This document shows positions 21,757-32,800 of a DNA stretch of 64,000 nt, piece after piece. The stretch covers positions 496,001 through 560,000 of the forward strand of contig OY253675.1 in NCBI GenBank assembly GCA_958009085.1, read 5' to 3'. Position numbers and translations under genes: made by a program. The notes below the pieces were generated by a model. The model was not told the DNA's origin and did not search any database. It saw only the letters and a program-made list of their open reading frames with translations. Position 1 is the first letter of the stretch. Each line of letters begins with the position of its first letter. The stretch is from Protoeuglena noctilucae (lineage: Eukaryota).

Positions 21757-24321
21757 CATCGGGAAAACGACGGATTTGACGTCACTCGGATCAGAAGGAT
21801 CGCGGGAATCACTGGAGTCATCCCAGTGATCCCCGGGAATCGCCGGGATCATCCCCGTGATCCCACCGATCCCCGCCACTGCTCCAGTGATCCCAGCGAT
21901 CCCGGGCCGCGGCCCTGACGCGCGTGCGCGCCCCCGCGTTCGCTCAGGGGGCTCGAGAGGAGGCGGAGAGGCCGCACATTTGCTAGTTTATGGTAATGAC
22001 TGCCTCGGAGGCCCCTCTCGCGTCCTAAAGCTTGCTGCATCATGCAGCCGGGGGCCGTCGACGCGTCCGGGGTCCGCTTCCCCTGAGCCGCCGCTGTTCA
22101 ACGTGAGGTGTCCATATATATGCGATGAGCGGGAGCTCGCGGGCTCGCCGGGCCCCCGGGGGCGCCGGGGAGGTCCCCGTGCTCGACCAGGCCTACCGCC
22201 CCCGCGGCCGCGATCGGGCACGCAGCGCTTGGCCTATGGATTGAGGTGACCTAAATCTCGCTAGCTGCGGCGCCTTTGCCGGCTACGCCGCACGGAGGTG
22301 GCTGCTGCATGGGAGGTGAGCCGCCTCTGCCGTCATGGCGCTGCGGATGGGGGCGCGGGGCTGGCTCCGGACTGTTATGTTGCTATAGATGACATCGCTG
22401 GCGTCGGGGACCTGGCACCGCGAGCATCGGGGGGTTCCTTCCTGGGCTCACCTACTCCTCGCCGCGGCTGGCGTGGTGCTCCCAGACCTGCTGCACGTGG
22501 CCGCAGTGAAGAAGCTTCCCAGCAATTTTCACGGCGTGAAGCTGCCGCCGAAGGTTGCGGAGGGGCACGCACTTCAGAGCCTCGCCCTCCGCAGGCTCCA
22601 GGAGCGACAGCTGGGGAGGCTGCAGCGCTCCCAGGTTGGTGTAGAACGACAGGCACTGGTTGGACAGGTACCTCAAGTCGCATGGGGCCCTGTGCACCGG
22701 GGCCACCAGGGCGCAGAGAAAGGTCCTGGCACCGGAGCTGGTCTTCGCCTCAACCCCGCACACGACCCTGCCCGTTTGCAGCGTGCCCCTGTCCGGGAGG
22801 TACTCGACGAAGGACAGGGTCTCGTCGGTGGCGACGATCCTGGCCCGGTCCCCGATGGCCGTCCCGATCTCGACCGTGGCGTCGTAGAGCTGAGATTGTG
22901 CAGCCCCCCCTCCCTTGCCAGTCAAATACGCGACTTCGAGTCGTCCCGAAAAACGCCCACGCTTTTTTTCACGAAAACCCGATTCTGACAGGGGTTTTAC
23001 AACACCCGCCTTCGAGTCCCGCCACCACCGCCGGCGCACCGAAACCGCTGGAAAAGGCGTGAGTCCTGCCACCCGGGTTCGAGTCCTGCCGAAAAGCACA
23101 TACTTTTACGCGCGCCAGGAATTGAACCTGCCACCTTCAGACTTCGGGCGGATGGTGAGAGTGTAGCCTGCTGCCGAGCCATCTGCGAGGTGCGCTGACG
23201 TGGCTGGGGAGGGGAGGAGCTGGCTCCCGTGAGGTGAGACGCAGCATACGCATGACTAGATCAGGTCGGACAGTGTCGCTGTCCCCGAGGTGCGCGGTTG
23301 GTCTGCTGCGCTACTGGTGGGGTCTGCGACACGGTCAGGTGTGCAAGGGGGGGTTGGTTGGCTGGGAGGGACAAAGGGCTGGTCCGCCAGCGTGGTATCT
23401 CTGTACTTGCTAACTGTACCTGGCACCGTGCCTGCACTCTCTCACCCCGAGACTGACTCTGACTACGCCTAACAAGCACGCAGGCGCACGTGCCACCTCG
23501 TCCCAAGTTCCGGCGCTGGTCGGGTGCTGGCCGGGCCCGCCATGGCTCGTCCGCCGACCCATGCCCCTTGTCTGTCGTCTGGCGTCCGCGGCGCCCCGCA
23601 GCGGTGGTCATCGACTCCTGGGGCGGCCGTCGGCACGGCGGAGTCGCGCACGCCACCATCTCCCGAGTGCCTGGCCCGAGTGCCGGAGCGCCGCTCCCCG
23701 ATGGAGCGGCAGCGTCCGGAACAAGCGGCCGGTGCCTCTGGCGGTGGTCGCTGCGCGCTCCCGTCGCGCCTGCGGCCGCCCGAGTCCGGCTGCATGTGCG
23801 TGCATGAGTGCGTTGCCTAGAGCGTCACGGATGGTCATGTAACCTCGGCGTAGGGATTGAATTACCAATAGCTACGCTAGGGAGCGGTTACGGGCCGAAC
23901 GGAGCCCCCCGGGCCGCGCGGGCCCCGGAGCGCGCGTGCCCAAAAGGTGCGTCCGATCGCGGTCAAGATAGGTCTGATCGCGTCCGAGAAGGAAGATAGG
24001 CGGCGGGATGGCCTCGGCGAACGCTTCCGGCGCCGCTGCGCTCCCGAACGGGCCCCGCTCCCCGCGATCCCCGACCACGACGAAATGCCGCAAAACTGCT
24101 CCCAGCGGCCTGGTGCATCGCGGGTGCGCCGTGGCCGTAACCGCGCCGCGTAAAACGGCCTCCCCAGGGAGATCGGGCGCGCGGCTGGAATCACTGGGCT
24201 CAATGAGGGTATACATTACCTTTTGCGTCGTCTGATACCCCGGGATCAGCGGAATGATTCCAGTGATCCGGAGGATCACGGGGATGATCCCACTGACGCC
24301 AGACTGGCGGTTTTCCCGATG
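21757..24321 (-). mobile_element. Non-autonomous, internally deleted copy of the 11040-16612 transposon in inverted orientation
   Basis: TIRs CATCGGGAAAAC...GTTTTCCCGATG; 2-bp TSD AT (21755-56 and 24322-23). 21757-22879 is the reverse complement of ~15493-16612 and 23154-24321 of ~11040-12233, with scattered substitutions and indels. Confidence 0.95.
22442..22879 (-). pseudogene. 3' remnant of the transposase gene
   Basis: Translates to TVEIGTAIGDRARIVATDETLSFVEY...WEHHASRGEE, nearly identical to the C-terminus of the 12417-15920 product. Confidence 0.9.
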
Positions 24322-24761
24322 ATTGAATCAGCCAAGACCTGCAGCGTCCCTGTTAGTGGGCGATACACGACATCGCGAGCGCAAAGGTTCATCCTCTCCC
24401 TCAAATCTCCTGTGCAACCCATCACGGCCAGCAATCTCTCGTCCCGTCGCTGAGTGTGCAACCAAGTGGTGAGCTGCGGAGGATGATTGTGAAGATTAGT
24501 TCGTCGTACTGTGTTGCATGTGGCGGCAAATGCGGCAGAAGTGAACGAGCCGACCCCGGAAGGGGTGACAATCTAAACACATTCGACGCGCGCCCGGTCT
24601 TGGGAGACGCTGTTTGCGCCTTAAGACATGTAATTGTGGTCGATCTCTGTCGGCTCGCTTGCAATCCACTGTGCCACGCCCCCGCAGCGCGACGCAGGCG
24701 TCCGCAAAGTGTGCCCCGCCATCGACCGGCATCCTGGACGCGCCCGGCGCGAGGCGCTGCA

Positions 24762-26888
24762 ATGCAGCTCGGGGCATTGAGGATTTCTGACATTCCTGCG
24801 AGCGAGATAGTGCTGGGGCAGGTGCCGGGGGCTGGAGAGGGTAACCAGGGAGAGGTGCGGCGCGGGACCTGGCGGGGACAGGACGTTGCAGTCAAGCGGC
24901 TGACGGAAGGGCCGGATGCGGCGGGGGCGAACGAGCGGGCGGCGAAGGAGGTGCAGCGGCTCGCCCTGGCGACGGTGAACAACGCCCACGTGTGCCGGTG
25001 CGTTGCGGGATGGCAGTGGTTGCTGCCTGCAGAGGAGGGCGCATCGAAGTCGCGGGCTTGTTGCTAGGATGTGAGCGTTTCTTGGCGTCCGCAGGGTGCG
25101 GGGGACGTCGACCATCGACGGCGCGCTGCACCTGGTGATGCCCTTGGCAGAGCGCGGGTCGCTGGCGCGGCGGCTACGGGAGCTTGGGACGGGGCTGCCA
25201 GTGGGGGAGCTGGTGGACGTGGCGGAGCAGATGCTGGAGGGGCTGGCGAGCCTGCACGGCGCGGGGCTGGTGCACTGCGACGTGAAGCCGCACAACCTGC
25301 TGCTGGACCGGCGCGGCACGGTGCTGCTGGGGGACTTCGGCATGGCCAAGATATCGCAGGAGCGCGCATCCATGGCGGTAAGGGCGTGAGTTGGTGGCGG
25401 AAGGGCGCAGTGCATGGGTTTATGGCGTGGCGGCAAAGCAATTGTGACCCTGTGCATGCAGCGCCACACCAAGCGACATGATGGGTGGGGCACGTTCGGG
25501 TACATGAGTCCCGAGCAGTACGACCCGAGTAAAGAGATCACGCATCTGTCGGACGCGTACTCGGCAGCGGCAACACTGTCGCACCTCGCGACAGGGCAGG
25601 AGCCGTTCACAGGGCTGAGCATGGCGCAGGTCATGTTCGCGGTGTGCATGCATGGGACCAAGCCGCAGATGCCCGAGTCGGTGCCGGAGCCGCTGCGGTC
25701 GGCGGCGTTGCGGGCGCTGGAAAAGGACCCAGCGCATCGCGCGACCGTGGTGGAGATGCTGGCGGCGGCCAAGGAGTGCAGGCGAGGGGGTGGGCTGCGG
25801 GGACGGCTGAGGGAGATGGTAGCTGGGATGAAAGAGCATTATGCTAACGTGACTAGCTTCCCGCATGCTGCAGGCGTGCGCTGGAGGGGGAGCGGCGGGC
25901 GGTGTTGGAGACGCTGATGGCGGACCCAGTGCTAAGGGAGTGGGTGGGGGACGCGCCCGGTGGGGTGGGGTTGGGCGAGGAGGAGAGGGGCGGGGCGGGG
26001 GGGGAGAAGCGGGCGTTGGAGGAGAAGGGAAGAGTGGCTGAGGAGAGGTGGTTGGCTGAAGAGAGGAGACGAGTGGCAGAGGAGAGGCGGGCGGCAGAGG
26101 AGAGGCGTGCGGCGGAGGAGCAAGGGGCGGCGGAGGAAAGGCGGGATTGGGAAGACTTCTTGCAGTGGGGTCTGTTTCCTGATGGGAGCATCATCGACCT
26201 GAGCGGAAGGGAGTGGACGCTGTCATCACCGGTGACAGTGCCGGGGGAGCAGTCGTTGACGGTGCGGAACGGGGCGCTGGTGGTGACGGACGCATTGACG
26301 GGGGATGGGTACGCCCTGAAGGCGACTGGGGGCGAGTTGCGGTTGGAAAGTGTGCGGGTGGTGGGGACGGGGGTGCAGTGCGAGGGGGGCGGGCGCGTGG
26401 TGCTGACGGACGTGCAAGTGTCGAGGGCACCAAAGTCGGGCGTGCGGTCGGCGGGGAGGTGGAGTCATGCGACGATCGTTGGGGGCCGCATAGCACACGC
26501 GGGCATGAGCAGCGGGGTGACGTGTGTCCTGGGCGGGCAGGCGGAGGTGCGGGACGTGCAGATCGCCGACTGCAAGCTGAATGGCGTGGTCAGCCACGGC
26601 CAGGGGGCCAAGGTTGTGGTGCAGGGGGGACGCATCACGGGGTCCAAGGAACATCACGGGGTGGCGTGCCAACAGGGCGGGCAGGCGGAGGTGCGGGATG
26701 TGGTTATCAATTGCTGTGGCAAGTATGGCTTGTATTGCGATATCAAGTCCTGCCTGCAGCACAGCGGCTGCCAGGTGTCAGGGTGCGGAGAAGGAGACAT
26801 ATTGGTGCAGAGCTGGGTTAACGTCAGCAAAATTAGAATAGGCATCGGCCTCTTGGCCTTTGCCCTGTTATTGTGGTTGAGCACGTAG
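24762..26888 (+). CDS. Ser/Thr (TKL-like) protein kinase fused to a coiled coil, right-handed beta-helix repeats and a C-terminal hydrophobic anchor
   Basis: Kinase motifs GEGNQGEV, VAVK, VHCDVKPHN, DFG, GTFGYMSPE. Introns 24998-25094, 25378-25461 and 25782-25873 (GC) join in frame to AEERRR repeats, GVxxxxGGQAEVRDV repeats and a terminal IGIGLLAFALLLWL. Confidence 0.8.
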
Positions 26889-27137
26889 TTGCCTGATTAG
26901 ATGCAAGCATGGAGGCGACCTAGGCAGCGTCACTGAACCTGTGAGCAACCTCCCGCAGTGGCTATCATTATGTGATTTTCGACTGCAGTTTGCATGGCAT
27001 GACGTCAGTGCCCCTGCTTTGGGGCCGTAGACATGATTGCAAACACTACGAAAGGTCCTGCATTGCCACACCTCTCAGCAAAACGTGACGTCCAGTCAAT
27101 CAACCCTTCTCGTGTCCCTGCCTCGCCACGCGCCCCT

Positions 27138-28833
27138 CTACCCCTCGTCCCCACTCTCCCCGCCCTCTTGCCCCTCGAACTCCTCTTCACCCACACCCAA
27201 AAACGCCTGCGCCACATCGAACGCCGTCGCCCGCCTGGTCCCCACCTCCACACCCTCCTCCTCTCCCCCCATGCCAGCACCTGCCCCCGCCACCGGCCCC
27301 TCATCCACCACCCTCAGCGGAGCAACCCCACCGTCCTCCCCGTCCTCCCCACCCACATTCCCCTCCGCAGCTGCGGGGACCCCAGCCGCTGCCCCTGCTC
27401 CGCGGTTGAAGTCGACATACTCCGGAGCACGTTTCTCCGGCAACGTCTCGTCCGCCGTGCCCCGCGCGCGCTTCCGGAATGGCTCGTGAAACGCGGCGAA
27501 CAGGCGGCGGGCTTTGGTGGGCCCGATGCCCGGGCAGCCCTCCAGCTGCTCCCTCGACGCCCGCATCACGTTGCGCAACGTGCCGAGCGTGGTGCCGAGG
27601 CTCAGCACGTCCGAGCGGTTCACCCCCCGCACCGACGTGAGGGCCGTGTGGAGGCGGCTGAGATAGTCCCGGTCCACCTTGCCTGCGACAGAGCAGTGGT
27701 CACGATGGGTGGCGGTGAGGCGTCAACGAGGGTCCTCTTTGATCACCGAAGAACATGTAAGTGAGCACACACACTCCGTCATGACATCCCCACATGCACT
27801 CACCCAGGATGAGGTCGGCTGGCTTGAATTCGAATGCCTTGAGTGTCTCGAGGTACCGTGCGCACTCGGCGGGCGACCACGCGCATATCAGCGCGCATCG
27901 GGACAGGGTGCACGTCTTGGAGATCGCGCCCAAGGGCCGCGCGGTGTCCTCGATGTCCAAATGGCAAAGCACGACGCGGAGACGGAAGGACGTCTGGAGC
28001 TCCCGGATGCGGATGTGCAAGTAGTCGGGGTGGAGGTTGTGGAAGCGTAGGGAGAGGAAGAGAGCACAGGCAGATGCACCAAGCAAGAAATCCGGCGTCA
28101 CGTCGCCGAACTGCCAGCGGATGTTGTGGAGGTGCTTGAGCACGGGGTTGCCCTGCTGACGCCGGGAGACGACCATGGTCGTTGCGAGGTACTGGCCGGG
28201 CACCACCGGCTGGGTGTTGTTGGCGTGGCCGGGAGGTATGACGCCGTGCATGGTGCCTGCGGTTGCTGAGGGGCAGGGGTTGTGCGGGATGGGACGGGGT
28301 GGGTGCAGTCGCACGGTGTCGAGACAGTCACAGGCACAACGCTGGTGCGCATACGTGTCAACACATGTGAAAGATGACTAGAAAGCGTTTCATGCATCCT
28401 CGCCTGTCAGTGTGACGTACGCTGCTGGCCCCGGCTGGCCCGAGGGTCCCGCCTGGGCCTGCTGGCCCTGTGGGCGGGACGTGTCCGCTGGCGCTGCGTC
28501 GGTCGGGGCTGGCAGCACGTCGCGAAACCGTTCGGCGAACCCCATGGGCCGGTGGGCGGGCCCCGCAAGCCCTGCGACAGCAACATGAGGGGTGAGGTCA
28601 GGCTGTCGTCGGTGCAGGGTGTGGGCATCGCTGGAGAGGAGACGGGAATGGAATATGTGCTGTAACTAGCAGCCGCCGGTGCATGTAGCGCGCACATCCA
28701 AGTAAAGCTGAGCTCCTTTGATCGAAATCGTGGGAATGCGCGTCCCTCGCACCTGTCCCCGCGCTCGTCGACGGTCCCTCCGCCACGCTGGCTCCCGAAC
28801 CGGTAGGAGGTGGCTCACGCGACACTCTGCCAT
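27138..28833 (-). CDS. ERCC1: DNA excision repair protein ERCC1
   Basis: Motifs VVSRRQQGNPVLKHL, ALFLSLRFHNLHPDY, AWSPAECARYLETLK, LTSVRGVNRSD, CPGIGPTKARRL..FHEPF. Start approximate. Confidence 0.93.
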
Positions 28834-29394
28834 CGTCTGCGCCGCCGCTGCTTGGCCCCGCGCTGCCGGCGCCCCCGCTGCACGAAGCGCGGACTGGTTC
28901 GCGACGTCGCCGCCCGGTAACGACCGAATGACAATCTCCAGCGCTGCATCGTATTCGAAGCTACCGCCCGTTACCTCGCTCCGGCTTGGGGAGCCGCAGG
29001 ATTCGCCAGCGCCGGCTTCCGCCTCAGTCCGGCATTCAGCTCCGGCAGCTCCATGATGGAGGGGTCCCAGCGACCTAGGTCCCGATGCAATCAAAGCCAC
29101 AGTATGACGACGAAGACATGCCGGCAGCGTGTGCCTCTTCCCTGGCCGCGGTGAGCAAAGGCGCAAGGGCCGTGGCACGTATCTCGTACCCAGACCAGAG
29201 CCTCAGCCTGGCGAGGAATCGCGACGGTGAATGGGGTCACAGCGGCGGCACTCACCCCGCATGACGGCCCCGCAGTCGCTAGAGCCTTCGTCTTTCGTCG
29301 GACCCGGGTTACCCTGAATGTCTTGGCGCGATACGTGCGCCGCGTCCGTCCGCCGCCCCATGTCCGCGAGTGGACGTGAGCTCCGGGTGCGAAA

Positions 29395-32316
29395 ATGTTC
29401 GGCGGCATCCCGTTCGGCGATGCCTTTTTCGGGGGGATGGGGGGGATGGGGGGCGGGGGTCCCAGCGGTCCCCGGAAGCCCGTAGACAACAAACGGTGCG
29501 TTCAGCGCGGGCAAACGCTCATCGGGTCTCGCATGCGCCGCTCAGTCCCCGCCGGGAGCGGCCCTCGACGCGGCCCCCGTGCCCGTTCTGGAACTTTTCT
29601 GGGGACGACAGGGCCTCACCCGCGGCTGCCCGCTGCGCGTATGGGGCCCGAGAGCGGGGATATCCAGAGCATTTCCGAAGCCCACGACTGACATCGGGGA
29701 TGCGGGAGTGGCGCCCCGTCGCGAGCCCGACCCCTTCAGCCCCGCCCGCAGGTTCTACGAGCTGCTGGGGGTCCCTCAGGACGCGGACGATAAGACTATC
29801 ACGAAGGCATATCGCAAGCTGGCGATTAAGGAGCACCCCGACAAGGCGAGCGCGCTCTCCATTTCTGGGGGCCCGTTCGCGCCACCCGGGGCGCCTCCGC
29901 CGCCCCTGCGCTTTGCCGCGGCGTAATGAGCTCGAGTTGACGCGGGCGGCTCGTCGGCGCGCGCGGGGGCGGCCGCCCGGCACGCCTCGGCGGCTGAGTT
30001 CGAGAGGACGCCCGCCTCGAGCCGCCGGGCGGCGCGGCGCGGCCTCCGATGCCTGTCCTGTTGTGTCGTGCTTTCGCGAATGCGGTGGCGCCCCTCGGTG
30101 TGCCCGCCCGCCCCCCGCCTCGGCGGACTGCCAGCGGCAGCCGCGGCGCCCGAGGGGCGCGCCGCCTCCGTTTCCCGCCGGCCCCGGGGAGTGAAGATCA
30201 TATTCTTTCCCCAGATGATCGGAGCTGATTCTAATGTGCTGTCGTTTGGTCCTTCGGGACGTCAAGCCAGTCGAATCTGACCCCGGTGCCGGCCGGCCTT
30301 CCCCCGCCCCCCCGCGTTACGCCGCTGCTCTGTCCTGTCATCTGACCTGTAACCTGCACTCACGTGTGGCCACGACCTCTGCTCGCAGGGTGGTGACCCC
30401 GAGAAGTTCAAGGAGATCAGCCAGGCGTACGATGTGCTCAAGGACCCCAAGAAGCGCGAGATTTACGACAAGTATGGCGAGGAGGCGATCAAGGAGGGCA
30501 TGGGGAACGGGCCGCAGCGGTCCGCCATGGACATCTTTTCAGGTGATGCGGCGCAGCTGGCCGGCCACGTGCTTGTGCATGCCTTGGGGATCGAGTCCGG
30601 CTTTGTTGCAGTCGCGATTGTCGCCCGCGGGGCAGCCGTGCGCGAGGCACAGTACTTCCACCCCCACGGCCAAGCATGCGCTGACCACCTGACGGCTGCC
30701 CTTGGCCTGCCCTCGCAGATCTCTTTGGTGGGGGCCGCGGGCGCGACCAGGAGTCGCGGGGCGAGGACGTGAAGCACGTTCTCAAGTGCACGCTGGAGGA
30801 GTTCTACACGGGGGCCACGCGGCGCCTGGCCATGACGCGCGAGGTGGCGTGCAGCACGTGCCGGGGGACGGGCACCAAGAGCGGGCGGGAGGCGGTGTGC
30901 CAGGGTTGCCGGGGCCGGGGTGTGGAGGTGGTGGTGCAGCGCATGGGGCCGATGATCACGCAGATGCAGCGGCCGTGCGGGGCGTGCGGGGGCACGGGCA
31001 AGGGGGTGGACCCGAGCGACCGTTGCGACGGGTGCCGGGGTGCGCGGACGGTTCCGGAGAAGAAGATCATGGAGGTGGTGATCGAGAAGGGCATGAAGCA
31101 CGGCGACCGGGTGGTGCTCAAGGGGGAGGCGGGGTTCAGCGGGGACTCCTCGGTACCCCCCGGGGACCTCATTTTTGTGCTGGACCAGAAGGAGCACGAG
31201 ACGTTCAAGCGCGCCCGCTCGGACCTCATCATGGAGAAGCGCATCTCGCTCGTCGAGGCCCTGTGCGGCACGCGCGTCCCGGTCAAGACGCTCGACGGCC
31301 GCACCATCGTCCTCACGGTCCCCCCGGGGGCCACCGTGTCACCCGACGGCTTCCAGAGGGTCACGGGGGAGGGCATGCCCACGCGCGGCAACCCCTTCCT
31401 CAAGGGCAACCTCTACGTGCGATTCGAGGTCGACTTCCCCAACCGCATCGACCAGGCCACCGCGGAGGCGCTCCGGGCCGCCCTTTCGCAGATCCCGGGG
31501 CAGGCGCCCGCGCCAGGTGAGCGAGCTTTTGCTTGTCGCGAGCCGCTTGCGAGGTCCCGCCCGCGGGGCAATTTCGAGGTGGTTTGGCTGACACCGGCTT
31601 TGCTGGGAGGTGGTGTGGGTGCCGGTGACGACGCTACGCCACAAAGCTCAAGGCGCCGGGCGACGTCGGGAGCCGGCTACGCCGGAACGAACCCTCCCGG
31701 CACGCACGGCACGTCCCCTGCGACGCCTTGGGTGCTCTGCACCCCTGCGCGCCCCGGGGGGCCCTGCCGCTGTGGATACGGCGCAGGCCTCGCCTGCAGT
31801 CCGAGGCACGCACCGCCTTGTCATTTCGTTTCCTTTGCGCTCTTGCGTTTCGTTCGGGGCGCGGGCGTGGCCGATGATCGAAGAGATCCAAAATGGGCTT
31901 CCGTCCTCAAAGACATTCGCAGGGCCCGCTCTAGAGCTTTCCCCTCGCGCAGGGTCGAGAGCTGATGCGGCTCAACCTTCCTTGGATGTCTGATGGCCAC
32001 GCCCCGCCCCCTTGCGTTCCTTTCTCCCGCCCCTTTCCTCCCTGCCCCCTCACGCCGATTCTGCCTGCGACATAGCCCCGCGCCCGCCATACCCCGCCAT
32101 CCTGTTTCTGCTTGCTGGTGCTCAGCCTGGCTGCCGCCGTCCCCCTTCGCAGCCATGGACTCGGACGACGCGGAGGAGCACGTCATGCGGCCCGTGGCCG
32201 ACATCAAGTCCGAGCTGCAGGACCGGGCCCGCGACCAGCAGGGTGGCGGCGCGTCGTACGAGAGCAGCGATGACGAGGGGGCCGGGCCGCAGCGCGTGCA
32301 GTGCCACCAGCAATAG
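29395..32316 (+). CDS. Type I DnaJ/Hsp40 co-chaperone (DNAJA), farnesylated
   Basis: J domain with HPDK|GGDPEKF, four CxxCxGxG repeats, GEGMP..KGNLY, and C-terminal CaaX-type VQCHQQ*. Confidence 0.95.
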
Positions 32317-32800
32317 GCGGCGGTCCATTGATATCTAGGTTCACCTGCTGCATCTCTGCGCAGAATTTTCGTCGACCCTTTCCTGTTGCGACCAGCACTT
32401 GGCCTCTCCGGCTGTGAATTGCACTGACACGACGGCACTAAGTTCGGCGACGTCCACTGCAAGCTGTGTGCGGAAGGGGCGTCTGACAGGGGCAGTCGGG
32501 GCGGCGAACGTCAGTTCTGGCAGATGGCGTCACCGCTGGACGTCGCTGGACGTCGCGCGCGTCGCTCTTCGGCGGCAGAACCGGCTTCGTGAGGTCACGT
32601 TTGTCGCCCTGCAACCGCTCGCAACGTCGTCCGAGGAGTGCCAGGTGGCAGGTCATTGTTCGTTCGTCTCCGTCCGCAGCAGCGCCCTACCGCCCTTGTT
32701 CAGCTCAATATATTCGGGCTGCGCCCTCGTCGACTTGCGCGCCCCCCTCGCCGCCCGCGCGTCGAACGGTCCAGGACGCGGGCGCCAGCTTTCGCCCAGG

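Noticed and set aside
23095..23153. Possible tRNA gene
   Set aside because: Only a T-arm-like half is visible; no A-box/D-arm or acceptor stem could be built.
32302..32316. Possible TAA/TAG-to-Gln reassignment as in some ulvophytes
   Set aside because: DnaJ ends in the conserved CxQQ followed by TAG, and no in-frame TAR codons were needed in any conserved exon examined.
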